Source: Octopus vulgaris
Lineage: Eukaryota
Length of the DNA: 64,000 bases
Reading direction: 5' to 3'
NCBI GenBank assembly: GCA_951406725.2
Contig: OX597820.1
Span: 55,862,001-55,926,000, forward strand
Below, piece by piece: positions 50,478 to 63,477 of this stretch (the stretch's first letter is position 1; each line of letters starts with the position of its first letter). Below the pieces are notes generated by a model, which did no database searches, was not told the origin of the DNA, and saw nothing but the letters and a program-made list of their open reading frames with translations. The position numbers and the translations under genes are program-made.

Positions 50478-50737
50478 AGCACCGCCTTGACTGGCTTCTG
50501 TGCCGGTGGCACATAAAAAGGCACCAACCGATCGTGGCTGATGCCAGACCCCTCTGGCACCTGTGCAGGTGGCACGTAAAAAGCACCCACTACATTCGCG
50601 GAGTGGTTGGCGTTAGGAAGGGCATCCAGCTGTAGAAACACTGCCAGATCAGACTGGAGCAGCCCCTGGCTCCCCAGACCCCGGTCGAACCGTCCAACCC
50701 GTGCTAGCGCGGAAAACGGACGTTAAACGATGATGAT
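50478..50737 (+). mobile_element. SINE 3' part (family A), CpG-rich and probably young
   Basis: GGAGTGGTTGGCGTTAGGAAGGGCATCCAGC...GGACGTTAAACGATGATGA. Confidence 0.85.
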
Positions 50738-51079
50738 TCTGATACAAAGCCTGCAATTCTTGGGGAAGGGGGCTTGTCAATTACTGATCCCAGTACTCAA
50801 CAGGTACTTATTTTAATGACCCTGAATGGATAACAGTCAAAGTTGACCTTGGCAAAACTTTAGCATAGAATGTTAAGAACCAGAAGAAATGCTGCTGGCA
50901 TTTTATCAGACATGCTAATGATTCTCTCATGTTGATGTCTTAATGATGAGGAAAAAAGGAATGAGGTTCAGTAATTAGGTGATACTATTTTATAGCATGT
51001 CAAGTAACAAGAGACGTTTATGTGAATAATCACTGTATGTGTGTTAGAAAATATAATAAAAGCAATGTAATGTGCAAAC

Positions 51080-51400
51080 TGACTCTCCTAGTATCCATTT
51101 AAAGCAAAAACAACTGTTCTTAATGTTTGTTAATGCATATTAGTTGCCAAAATTAAGAATAAAGAAGCAGAACCAATTAACCAGAGATTAAGAAGTGTTA
51201 TTTTGCAGAAATAGTGTTCCAGAAACATTAGTGCCTGACAATGCCAGCAAATTTCATGATACTGATTTGTGAACATGGCTTCATAATAAATGTAAATCCA
51301 TATAAACATCCCCATATTATCCAGAAGTAATTGGGACTGCTGAAAAAATAGTAACAAGTGTTAAAATAGGCTTCAAAGCTTACTTAGTAAGTAAAGGTAT
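51080..51400 (+). mobile_element. decayed Gypsy-type LTR retrotransposon integrase fragment
   Basis: Reads FCRNSVPETLVPDNASKF...TSPYYPEVIGTAEKIVTSVK with stops, resembling the rve core GxPxxLVSDNGxxF...TxPYHPxSNGxAER. Confidence 0.6.
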
Positions 51401-51749
51401 TATTAGTGTCTTTTTGAGCCACAAAATTTTGAGTAACTAGATAATCCTGCTTTCTAAGGACTTTTAGTTTATTATCTTTGATGGACCCAAGTAACAATGT
51501 CTTATAAAACTGAAGCTGCAGTTTAGTATTGAGGTAGAAGAAATGATGAATTACAAGCTAAATTTATTTCTCAAGGAGGCAATAGTGCTGCTGTGATTCT
51601 TAAAGAGTGAACAGGCAATGTCAATTTGCTTGTGTTGCTCAAATAAAGAATGACACAAATATTGACAGTAAACAAAATGTAAAGCCAGTCCCTCTAACTT
51701 TGAATGATATTCATTCAAGGCTCCATTCATAAAGATTGCGATATTCTTT

Positions 51750-52152
51750 TATTCTTTTACTTGTTTCAGTCATTTGACTATGGCCATGCTGGAGCACCGC
51801 CTCACTTTTAGTTGAAGAAATCAACCCCAGGACTTATTCTTTGTAAGCCTAGTACTTATTCTATCAGTCTTTTTTGCTGAACCACTAAGTTACAGTGACC
51901 TAAACACACCAGCATTGGTTGTCAAGCGATGGTAGGGGGACAAATACAGACACACACATACACACAAATATATACATACATATACATATACGATGGGCTT
52001 CTTCCTGTTTCTATCTACAAAACATACTCACAAGGCTTTGGTTAGCCTGAGGCTATTGTAGAAGACACTTGCCCAAGGTGTCTCACAGTGGGACTAAACC
52101 CAGAACCATGTGGTTGAGAGGCAAGCTTACCACACAACCATGCCTGCGCCTA
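51750..52152 (-). mobile_element. near full-length tRNA-derived SINE (family B)
   Basis: Colinear with 5190-5582 along its length. Confidence 0.85.
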
Positions 52153-52527
52153 CAGAAACTGATGTAAATAATTATGGGTAGACCGTCATTTAAACTTGGT
52201 GGGACACTATGACATGCACCAAATAAACCAACAGGCAGAAAGAAGTTATTTTTTACAGATTTTATTTTTTGGTCACAATTTGTTTTGCTAGAAACAATGT
52301 ACGAAAACTGTAGTTAGTAGTTGGCTGTTTTATAGTAGTAAGAGAATGGCTACAATAACAACAACAGCAGCCATGTACCTTTGACTAAATCCCATGTAGA
52401 AAAGAGAGAGAAAGGTTTTCTAGAAAGAGAAAGACGTGTTTATTTGCCTAAGTGCCAGACAAATGAGAGAGAAATGTTCCTCCAGCAAAGTATGAGATGA
52501 AAGAGAGAGATGTACCTTTGGCAAAGG

Positions 52528-52531
<4 letters not shown>

Positions 52532-52590
<59 letters not shown>
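52532..52590. repeat. (GA)n microsatellite; long (TA)n tracts also occur near 9592, 25610, 29656 and 37143
   Basis: Directly visible in the sequence. Confidence 0.95.
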
Positions 52591-52592
<2 letters not shown>

Positions 52593-52929
52593 GCTCCTTT
52601 GGCAAGGGAACTGAATGAAAGAGGAAGAAGCCTATGTTGTGTTCTCTGTTTATACATGTCAAAAATTAGTTGTAGGTCTGAGAACAATTAAAAGCGAATG
52701 AGTTTATCTCTACTGAACTGAATTTAACCTAAGATTTTCGGGAAAACAATAAGAATAATTTAAGTATGACAGTTCTCCTTCATAAATTTCTAAGTACTAA
52801 CGCCAAGAACAATAGAATAGAGTTTACAGAGAAATCTAGACTAGGGCCCGTTTCCAGGAAACGATTCGCTTCAAAGACATTACAAACGGTGTCAGGATGC
52901 CATTGATATGCTAATGTTATAGTGTTGCA

Positions 52930-53260
52930 CGCTTCGATTCCCAGACCGGGCGTTGTGAGTGTTTATTGAGCGAAAACACCTAAAAGCTCCACGAGGCTCC
53001 GACAGGGGGATGGGGGTGATCCCTGCTGTACTCTTTCACCACAACTTTCTCTCACTCTTACTTCCTGTTTCTGTTGTACCTGTATTTCAAGGGGCCGGCC
53101 TTGTCACTCTCTGTGTCACGCTGAATATCCCCGAGAACTACGTTAAGGGTGCACGTGTCTGTGGAGTGCTCAGCCACTTACACGTTAATTTCACGAGCAG
53201 GCTGTTCCGTTGATTCGGATCAACCGGAACCCCCATCGTCGTAACCGACGGAGTGCTTCC
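52930..53260 (+). mobile_element. 5'-truncated SINE (family D) with a 9-bp TSD
   Basis: TSD AGTGTTGCA at 52921-52929 and 53261-53269. It starts at B-box-like TTCGATTCCC and is GC/CpG-rich relative to its flanks. Confidence 0.8.
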
Positions 53261-54014
53261 AGTGTTGCATGCATTTTATATACTATTTAAGGTAGCTCAC
53301 TAGTTCAATGTATTTAGTTGAATAAAGCTTCTGAGCGCGAAGCTTTACAGCTTGAAATGAATTTAGTATGACATGACTCTAAATAATGATTAACAATTTC
53401 AGATTTCTTGAAATTTCTCCCAAATTTGAATAACTTAAAAGTTATTCAAATTTTCACTATATTACTAAAAAAATGTAATGACGAACATCATGTTGATTTT
53501 CTTTTTCCAGAAATTAATAATAAAGAAGTTACAAGCATTTAAAATTATGTAATTTTAGCTAATCGGAAGCGTCCATCGCCGGACGCACCAGAAATTGAAA
53601 CATTTTGTCTCCATGGAAACAGTACACACAACGAAGGCGAAACTATTACATGGTCTTTCGACCTGCTAGAAGTGACAGCTAAATATTTTTTAAACTACAC
53701 CTTAACGTCTAAGAAAAATGGTCGAAGCATTGTGCCACAGCACCATTTGTTTCATCGCTTGTGCTTCCAAGTATCATTAATAACATTTGAATCAAAGTCA
53801 ATCTCCACGAATATTATCTTTTATCCAAATTACGATCCTCGAAACATTTGCCGAACACCACAGATCGATATTAAATGTACTTTCATTTTTCTTATGATGA
53901 AATTCGAAACGAAGTTTTCAAAAGTGCGGCAAAACTGCGAAAGTTAGGACAAGGGAAATAAGAAAGTCAGCTACATGTTTATTTGAGAGTTACCTACTCT
54001 TTGTTGTTTTATTT

Positions 54015-55217
54015 ATGTCGCTGAATGTCGTAAACATTTCGCGGTATATTTCCGTAACGCGTTTGAATAGTTATTTACACCTACTAAAAATGCTTCCTGC
54101 TTCGGAAAATCATCAGGTTCATAACGGAAATCGACGCCATACACGATCCCTGAGTAGAAAGTCTGACAATTCTAATTTAGAATTCGAGAGTAAAATGTCA
54201 CCACGTGTTGCTAGTTATGTAAGTGACATCAAAACAGAAGACACCCAGTATACAAAACTCCTTGAAAATAGTAAAGAAGCAGTTGGAAGAAATAAAACTT
54301 ACAGAAGCGACACAGCTAATCAACAAGGACTTTCTGACAAAAATACTACTCGAGTTAGAAAGCAAAGATCGAAAATAACGATTAAATACGAAAAGAATGA
54401 TGGGTTTGAAAATAACAATACAGATGTTGAAACCGTATCGCCGTATTTTGCAACGAAAAAACACGAGCAAACTGATCTGGAACGGGAAAATAAACGGAGC
54501 AAATGGGAACCCGAAGGATGGTTATTAGTTCTGAATAACATTCGAGAGATGCGTAAACATCAAGACGCCCCAGTAGATAGTATGGGTTGCGATACGATAT
54601 CAGATCGTACTTCAGCACCTGAAATATTCCGATACCAGGTCCTGTTATCACTGATGCTGTCCAGTCAAACTAAAGACGAGGTCACTTCAGCAGCAATGAT
54701 GCGACTGAGAGAACATGGATGCAACATCGACAACATTTTGGAAACTACGGATGAAAAACTGGGCAAACTTATTTACCCTGTTGGCTTTTGGAAGAGGAAG
54801 GTCGAGTATATCAAGAAAACAACACGCATTCTGAAAGATAAATATCAGGGCGATATTCCTCCCTCTCTCGAAGGTTTGCTTCAGTTACCCGGTATTGGTC
54901 CCAAAATGGCTCACCTGATTATGAAATGCGCGTGGGACAAACTAACAGGAATTGGTGTGGACACGCATGTTCACCGCATTTCTAACAGACTTGGATGGGT
55001 TCCTACACCAACAAAAGAACCTGAAAAAACTCGCAAATTTCTTGAAGACTGGCTGCCTCGCGAATATTGGAATGAAGTGAACCATTTGTTGGTCGGGTTT
55101 GGCCAACAGCTCTGCCGACCCGTCAACCCAGCTTGTGTTACGTGTCTTAACAAGGAACTCTGTCCAACTGGTCGCAAGAACGTGAAGACTATGAAGATAA
55201 CGAAGAAAAAAAAATGA
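54015..55217 (+). CDS. NTHL1: endonuclease III-like protein 1 (DNA glycosylase/AP lyase), single coding exon
   Basis: [17 protein letters not shown], HhH motif [14 protein letters not shown] with catalytic Lys, [14 protein letters not shown] with catalytic Asp, and 4Fe-4S motif C-X6-C-X2-C-X5-C ([17 protein letters not shown]). The start codon is uncertain among several upstream Mets. Confidence 0.95.
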   Translation: MSLNVVNISRYISVTRLNSYLHLLKMLPASENHQVHNGNRRHTRSLSRKSDNSNLEFESKMSPRVASYVSDIKTEDTQYTKLLENSKEAVGRNKTYRSDTANQQGLSDKNTTRVRKQRSKITIKYEKNDGFENNNTDVETVSPYFATKKHEQTDLERENKRSKWEPEGWLLVLNNIREMRKHQDAPVDSMGCDTISDRTSAPEIFRYQVLLSLMLSSQTKDEVTSAAMMRLREHGCNIDNILETTDEKLGKLIYPVGFWKRKVEYIKKTTRILKDKYQGDIPPSLEGLLQLPGIGPKMAHLIMKCAWDKLTGIGVDTHVHRISNRLGWVPTPTKEPEKTRKFLEDWLPREYWNEVNHLLVGFGQQLCRPVNPACVTCLNKELCPTGRKNVKTMKITKKKK

Positions 55218-57399
55218 GTAATAACTGTGTTTTGGCATAGTGATATTTTCATTGTAGGAATTCAAACGATATTAACGAATTAATGTATACATATTAATAT
55301 AAAAGCCATTCAAACAACAGTCTTATACTGAGCAAAAACTAAATCAACATGCTTGTCTGTTGTTATGCATATTTTAGTTTGTCAATTGAGTTTTCACAAT
55401 TAAAACGCCATTGTATTCTGATTTATAGTAAAATGTTCATCAGTTAGGTTTTTTTCTCATCGCTTTATCAAAATATCCTAGTATAGAATTTTATTTCTAT
55501 TTTGCACGGTCTCGTTTCATCCGCCAAATGAAAATTAGATATGAATGCTAGGATATTATGAAAGAGCACCTAATTTGAACATTACGGGTAATGTTTAGTA
55601 TTTCAAGACACAAGAAGATTAAAAAAAATTGCAATTGTTCTAACTACAATGGAAAATCATTTATACTTTCATAAAAATGAACCATCATTTAATAAAGTGC
55701 CTTCCAGTCTCTCTCTCCTGCTCTCTCACACATTCTGGCTCTTATGTGCTGTCATACACATCTATATGGAGCTATTTCTATTTACATGTATATGTTATAA
55801 CATATTTTTGTAATATAATCACATTACATATGTGTATAGCAGAATATAGCCATATTTTGTGTAGAATACAAAAATTATTTTATTTCTCATATTATCCAGT
55901 TAAAAGAATATCAATAGACTTGCATATGTGCAAAATGAAAAGTAAATTAGTTGATGTCTGTAAGCAGTTTAAATCCATTGCAAGAATTTCACTGTATATT
56001 TGGGCAGAACACTTAAATTTGCATATTTTAATACAGGAGTAAATTGCATATCCTAGGGAAATAATTAACATGATAATTAACATTGTTGTACTTGCTTAGC
56101 TTCAGGTAAACACGCACAGCAATGTTAGATATCATTGGCAAGGATAGTCCTACTATGAGATTCAGTTCATCTCAAACTACATTAATATGTCATAGAAAAG
56201 CTAATATGCTACTGGAACAGTCCAAGGATGGATTGATGTGTAGAACAGTATGGAACAGAAATGATTCTGTATGTTTTGTAAAGAAGCAGAAAGTCCTGAG
56301 AGAGAGAGAGAGTGTGTGTGTGTGTACAAGTGTGTGAGACTTGTATTAACATTACTGCATAACCATTAACATTGCCATCTTGAATTCATTTAATTTCATC
56401 AAATAAATTGATCTTATTTTATTGTCATGGCCATCAATTTATGTGACCTTCATCTTCAAATAAATTGTTTACTTCCCATCATAGTGAAAGTTAATAAGGA
56501 AATAAAATATTTTTTATGTAAAATTTAGTAAAGACTTTATATTCTTATTTTTATTGTATTTTTACTGCGTGGAAAAGATTGTTTATTTATTGGAGCCATT
56601 GTTATTTTACAGCTTGTTGCCCTTCCATGCTGCTAGGCACTCAACCAAGAAGTAGGTATGGAAGCTTTATGGTTAGCCAGTTAAGTGAGAGGAGTTGTTG
56701 GTTAACCCTATGTCATCTCTACATAATCAAAGATACCAAGAATGCTAATCTCCAATTCTATCTTCTTGTTATTCTTTCACACCGGCAGCCAAAATCTAAT
56801 CGTTCAGTTATGTTACTCTAAATCCCGAAAATTCCATCTCCTCATGTATTGTCTTCCACCAGCCTAACTCTGGTTTCTCTCTCTCAGTTCTGTTAACCAC
56901 TTACTTCTCCCAACATGACATTACCCCCCCCCCCCCATATAAACTAGTTCCATTCAGATTCCCCTACCTCATATTTTAATATCTTGCCATACGAAGTAGA
57001 AGTCAAAGAAGATGTTCAGATAAGCGACTTTGCTTCCAACCTAGCACTCATCTAAAAACCTCTTTTTACTGTGCAAATTATAACTACTTTATTATTTCAT
57101 TATCTATCTATGTACCCCGTTTTGTCTTCCATGCCTTATGTTAGAGAAAACTTAAGATCCCTACATTCAATCCAATTCTCTCTCTTTCTCCCTCCTCCCT
57201 CTCTTTCATGCTCATTTATTATTATTCACTCCTTGTTCAACTGTTGGTTATAGCTCTAGTTAAGAATGCAAATGTCCAATTCTATCTCATTATTATTGTT
57301 GTTATTCTTTCACACCGGTAGCCAGAGTGTTTGCTGTTTCATGGTGCGAATCCACCATCTTATACCGTCCACCCATCCCACCCCCACCACCTATACTGC

Positions 57400-59310
57400 C
57401 TGCCCCTAGGGTCTTATGGCCTGTAATACTAACTTCAGGAAACATGACAGTCACCTGTTAACCTACTAGTCTGGTAGACACATTAGTCTGATTGACTACA
57501 TTCTTGCCAGGAAACGGGAAAGATGGCTATTTATAGATGCCAAAACCTTCCCAGGTGAAGAATGCAGTAGTTAGTGACTTCAGGGCCAGCGCTTAATGGA
57601 TGCCCATAAGATGACCAGCATGGAAAAGAAGGACCTGGAAGCTTAAGGATCCTGAGAATGGACAAAGATTTAAGAGACATATTACTCAAAGTTTTTGACA
57701 AAAAAAGAAGAGGATATAGCATCACATAATGTAGAAGACAACAGGAGGTTCCTACAGGACAACCTGTTGAGGGCTACTGTGGATGGTGCAAAGTCCCCTC
57801 TTGATCTAAGGTAACATGGTGGTGGAACAATGTAGTTGACAGGGCTATTAGGGAAAAGAAACAGGCATGGAAGGAGTGGAAGAACAGTGGTAGCAGGGAA
57901 ATGTATCAGATCACCAGAAGGGTAGCTAGATGACAGGTAAAAATTTGCCAATGTTTTGTGTCGTGAGGACCAAAGACTTGAAGTGTTTCATATTGCAAAA
58001 CTGTGTGAGAGAGAATTGTGATATAGGAGAGAACTGTGTCCACATGGATGATGGCTCACTTGCATTTAATGCAGCTGCAAAGAGAGAGATCTGGAGATGC
58101 CACTATGAAAGGCTGCTAAATGAAGAGAGTGAATGGGAGAAAGAGAGTCTGCCAAATGTCAACCCAAGAGAGAGACCAGCTGTCTGAATTGACTGTAGCT
58201 TGGTAGATAAAGCAATTAAAGGTATGAAATCAGGGAAAGCCCCCAGCCTATCAGGAATCACCACAGAGATACTTAAAATATCTGGTGGTGTAGGCTATAA
58301 TCTTGTCACCCATATAGTCAATCAAGTGATACATGAAGGAATCATACCCAGTGACTGGTGTAGCAACACCATAGTCAACTGCTACAAAGGTAAAGGTGAC
58401 ATTAGATAAAATTAATTACAGAGGTATCAGATTATTGGATCAGGTGATGAAACTCAGAGAGAAGGTGACAGCCCAACTGATTAGGGAGAGAGTTAGTTTA
58501 GACGAGATGCAGTTTGGGTTTGTGCCAGGGAAAAGCACTACTGATGCTATATTTCTGGTAGGACAGCTGCAAGAGAAATACCTAGCCAAAGATAAACCTC
58601 TGTACTCGGCTTTTGTTGACATGGAGAAAGCTTTTGACAGTCTCCCCCAATCCCTTATCTGGTGGTGGTCAATGCAGTAACAGAAGAATTCAAGACAGGA
58701 TGCCCCTGGGAGCTCCTGTATGCTGATGACCTTGCTCTAATAGCTGAGTCACTATCAGAACTAGAGAAGTTTCAAGTGTGGAAGCAAGGTCTAGAATTGA
58801 AGGGCCTTAGAGTCAATCTAGCAAAAACCAAAGTCTTAGTAAGCTGGAAGGCAGACAAATCACAAATCCCTTCAGGTAGACGGCCCTGCTTGATCTGTAG
58901 AAAAGGCAAAGGTAGAAACTCCATAAGATGTACCCAGTGTAAGCTATAGACACATAAGAGGTGCAGCACTATCAAAGGAAGGCTAACTGAGAAGGTAGAT
59001 TTTGTGTGTGGCAGATGCACAAGGGCAATAAACACTGAAAATGTGCAGAAAGCAGCTTCCGTCACATGCCAGGGAGAAAAACTAGAAGTCATTGATAGCT
59101 TCACTCACCAAGGTGACCAAGTCAGTAGTGGTCGTGGATACTCTGAGAGCATAGCTGCTAGAATATGAATAGCCTGGGCAGAGTTCAGAGAGCTCCTGCC
59201 TCTGCTGCTAACAAAGAGCCTTTTGCTCATTTGCTCAGAGTGAAAGGTAGACTGTATGATGCATGTGTGCGAACTGCCATGCTACACGGCAGTGAAACAT
59301 GGGCTGTAAC
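57400..59310 (+). mobile_element. degenerate RTE-clade LINE (endonuclease end, RT, PHD-like finger)
   Basis: IDYIL (endonuclease), MKSGKAPSLSGI, NYRGIRLL, QFGFVPGKSTTDAIF, FVDMEKAFD, LLYADDL and KGRLYDACVRTAMLHGSETW. Many stops and frameshifts, plus an internal RT deletion. Confidence 0.92.
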
Positions 59311-59329
59311 TGATATGCTGTGCTTGAGA

Positions 59330-59920
59330 AGACCCAGCAAGCCAAGTGAGGCCATAACTGTAGCCTATGTCAGTGTCACATAACTGGCCCATTTCAGAGA
59401 TCCCTTCAATCATTGAGCAATATACTGTGCTTGAGAAGACCTGTTGAGTCAAGTGAAATCGTTGTCGTGGCTGATGCCAGTACTACTTGACTGGCATGTA
59501 AAAAGCACCATTTGAGTGTGGTTGACTGGCTGACTGTGCCGGTGGCACATAGAAAGCACCATATGAGTGTGGTCGATGCCAGTGCCACCTGACTAGTTCC
59601 ATACCGGTGGCACGTAGAAAGCACCATTCTAGCATGATCATTGCTAGTGCTGCCTGACTGGCTCCTGTGCTGGTGGCACTTAGAAAGCATCATTCAAGCA
59701 TGTTTGATGCTAATACCACCTGACTGTCCCTCATACCAGTGGCACATAAAAAGCACCCACTACATTCTCCAAGTGGTTGGTATTAAGAAGGGCATACAGC
59801 TATAGAAACCCTGCCAGATCAGATTGGAGCCTCGTGCAGCCTTCTGGCTTGCCAGTCTTCGGTCAAACCATCCAACCCATGCAAGTATGGAAAGTAGACA
59901 TTAAATGATGATGATGATGA
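59330..59920 (+). mobile_element. SINE (family A) with about five internal units of about 62 bp
   Basis: GGTGGCAC.TAGAAAGCACCAT-like units repeat between about 59470 and 59760. The tail is TTAAATGATGATGATG. Confidence 0.85.
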
Positions 59921-60249
59921 CCCCAGCTATGATCATCCTGTGAGAATGTAAAAGTTGGTGGTGTTAGTTACATCATACCACTTCCTGGCACATAGAGGTT
60001 TTTAGCTTTTGGATGAGATTCTCTCTTGATAAGGTTATCATTACTGTGATCTCACAAAGCATTGGTACCTTCTATAGCTACAAAAAAACCCCACTAAATC
60101 CGCTGGGTAGCTTCTCTCTTCTCTGACATTCATATGGACTTCAAACATAGGTGTTAGAGAAGAGAGAAGATAAACCTTCACAATACCTACTAACATGCAA
60201 ATCCACACACTCTTTCTCCCCAGGACACATATTCATTCTTGATTTCTAG

Positions 60250-62130
60250 CTCACCTTTACCATCCAACTTCACATTGAAGTATTGAAATTCACTTTGAAA
60301 GATGATCCTTGTGCATACGTAGATTATACTCCCTGACATTCAACTGAATATCAACAAGAATTTCAGGTTACTCTGGCTCAAAGCCTCCATCTTCAACTCT
60401 TCTAAATTCTTCTGCTTCCTCTACTACTCTTTGAATCCCTCTACCAACGATACTGTGAGCATATCTCTGCATTAATGACATAATCTCATCTCACACCTCT
60501 CTGTAGTTATTGTTTTTTGGTGACTTCAATATTTACGACTCTTCTATGGTGGCAAGCTAGCAGAATCACTGGGTGAAATGCTTAGTGGTATTTCGTCTGG
60601 CTTTATGTTCTGAGTTCAAATTCTGCCAAGTTTGACTTTGCCTTTCATCCTTTTGGAGTTGATGAAATAAGTACCAGTTGAGTAATGGGATTGATGTAAT
60701 TGACTTACTCTTCCCCTAAAATTTGAAACCAATATTCATGACTCTTCTTGGTTATCACACTCCTTATATTAATGGATCATTAGCTCCTTACATCAACTAA
60801 TTTCATTTCCTACATGGCCAGCTCTCATACACTCCAGTCATATTGTCAGCCTGCAACATTGTTCTGGAGGGCCTGTGAAGGCAATGGTCATAGGTCTTTC
60901 CTCTACACCAAACTAATAATAGAATATAAAAAGAGTAAAAAAAAATAGCATACCTGAAATACACTATCCAATGTGTTCTTCCTATCATTTAAGAGGTTCT
61001 GAGTTCAAGTTTATTTTTCATCTCTCCATTGTCACATTCTCTAGCAACTTGTATCTCTATTTCCTTAATGATGATTTGTTTGGGTCCTGTAAAGTTAGAT
61101 CAATCAGAGACCTATCCTCTGTTGTCACTAACCAATGGGACCCCGCCCAAGAGGAATTTGGTGAAAGAATTATGCTCAACTTTAATAAATGGTATACAAA
61201 TCTTATCAAAACTCCCTGCTCTTGAGATCCTTTGGTTTCTTTGCTTGGTTTGGCATTCCTGCCAGATCACAATATTTTGAACTATGCAGATAGGACTTGG
61301 ATAAGCTCTATCAACTCATGTGCCCAGTTCTCTTATATACCAATGCCTTACTTACTGGCACATCCAACAATGCTCGCTTTGATGTAGACACCATCTTTCA
61401 TGTTTTTCCTAACTTTCCCACCCAAGCATCAGACACATGCAACCAGGATATCCCATGTCTAACTTGCCTTAATTTCAAACACAAAAATCTCAAAAACATT
61501 ATCCATTGGAGTCATGCTAGGCTTGTTACTTTCAACAGCAAACACACACATACAAGCATTGCTTATATCAACAAATCATCATTGCACCTCACACCCACCT
61601 AAAGATGAACAGCCAGAAACTACAGACCTTGTGATCATTCCAAATGCTAGGCTTCATTATCACTAAGATACTTTCAAGGCAAATGAATATCATTAATATA
61701 GGATTGCATCTCAAAGACCCGTCCCTCTCCTCAAAGCTTAGGAGAGACTCACAATGAAGTATTGCTCCCAGATGTGGGGTAGAGCTGGTGTTGCACACAC
61801 AAACATCGTAAACTGCATCCAGAGAGTGACAAAGCTGTTTGGTGTAAAGTCACTCAAACATACTCCAGCAGGTGCACTGTTTTGTAACTCCACTTTTTCT
61901 ACTTCTACAATGGCCTCTTCTTGGAACTGGTTACCCTTGCTTCACAACCCCTTGTCTCTCCTCTCATCATTCATATTGAATCCATCACTCCCAGGCCCTG
62001 AACTAAACACACGTAGTTGTTCCTCCCTGGAACATTGACTTTCTGGAAAATTCTCTACCTGCACTTTTTGACTTGCAATAGTTCGTGTGGAACATTAATA
62101 GCATCATTTCATTAATCTCAAAGGCTATGG
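60250..62130 (+). mobile_element. highly decayed CR1/L2-like LINE, interrupted by a family C SINE (about 60548-60725)
   Basis: LLFFGDFNI (APE motif) near 60510 and MKYCSQMWG (RT C-terminal EYCSxxWG-like) at 61754. The SINE contains GACTTTGCCTTTCATCCTTT. Confidence 0.55.
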
Positions 62131-63022
62131 GCATTGTCTCTTCCTTTAGATCTAACAAATAAAAAAAATGGAGGAGAAATGTCTCCAATCACCATTGGCA
62201 ACTTTTGTTGGTACTCCCCCCAATAGCAAGAATATACTAACACAGTTCTTTGAAGGAGTAACAAGAATTTTCTCATTATTTATATTTGACGGATAATTTT
62301 CTCTCCCATGAAATAAGAAATCATCTGGTTGATTTGATTTATGTTTAAGGTTAGAGTTAAGTTTCATTTATCTGACAGCCAGTAATAGTTAAATTCTTCA
62401 GAAGGCTATTTGGAGTTGAACTAAGAACACAGAGGTATAATATTAAATAGTGCAATTTTTATCGGTGCAGCAATGACCGTATGGTTAATAATGTTATTTT
62501 GAAAATAAGTGTCTTCTATTATAACCTTGGGTTAATTAAAAGCTTGTGGTTGAAATTTTGCCAGATGGAAATTCTGTGAGAGCCAACTGGAAGGACTGTT
62601 CTTGTTTTTGTTTGGAAGACTGCATCTGTCAATTGGTTTCACAAACACCATTTTGCTCTCAGGTGTCCTTAGTGACATCCACTCTGTTGCATTCATTCAG
62701 GCGAGGTCTCTGAAAAATATCCCGTGTCCAAACTTTCTTCCTCGAACAAAGCCATACACACTCGCACACAATTTTGCAATTCTAGTGTCTTTGATAACTC
62801 GGTATCCTTTCTAATAGTGTATATGTTATGATCCACAATACTTCTAAATTTTTTTAATAACTATTCAACTGGAAAAGATTTTTTTACACAATTTCTAAGA
62901 TTGCTTAGAAACAAAGTACAATAAAAGAAAATAATTACTCTATAGAGATTTCATAAATAAATAGATAAATACAATATTTTAATTTTGATTATGAAATTTA
63001 ATTAGAACTAAGGGCCAAAACA

Positions 63023-63477
63023 TTATAGATACAAAGCATCTGAGTTGCATACATCAGTAACATCTGAAATGATGGAACTGAGAGTGAGTTCATCAGCTTT
63101 CGGCCGACTTGGTTTCTTGCTTAACAACATCAATGTAAACAAGACGGGTAAGTGTAGCAAAGTGAAGCGGAAGAGATTCCGAGAAGATTTGCTATCACCC
63201 TCTTTGTAGAATCTCCAGCCTAGATAGGTGAGATAAAAGTTCAAGGGTAGAGAATCAATGACAAACATCCAAGTGGTTAGTTCTGCAAATGGCGCCAAGA
63301 TGCTGAGGACTGTTGTTGCTGCACAGTAGCGAAAGGCAACTCGTCGGCAAAGGCTGGGGTTCATTACAGATGTCATGCAATAGCCTCCGCGTGAATAGTC
63401 TGCACGAAGGTTCCAACTGAGAGCGTTGAAGTGAGGAAACTGCCAAGCATACATGACTGCACCAAGTAACCAGGCAC
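63023..63477 (-). CDS. COX10: protoheme IX farnesyltransferase (heme O synthase), last coding exon
   Basis: [35 protein letters not shown]...[14 protein letters not shown] matches the COX10 C-terminal exon. Acceptor TTTTCCTAG|GT at 63478/63477 (phase 1). Stop TAA at 63025-63023. Upstream exons lie beyond the window. Confidence 0.95.

Noticed and set aside
59470-59760. Regularly spaced repeats resembling a CRISPR array
   Set aside because: The context is eukaryotic, the spacers are mutually homologous, and the repeats lie inside a SINE.
88-62814. The many 60-130 aa ORFs in the ORF track
   Set aside because: They are mostly microsatellite, SINE or antisense/alternative-frame translations with low-complexity composition and no recognisable domains.
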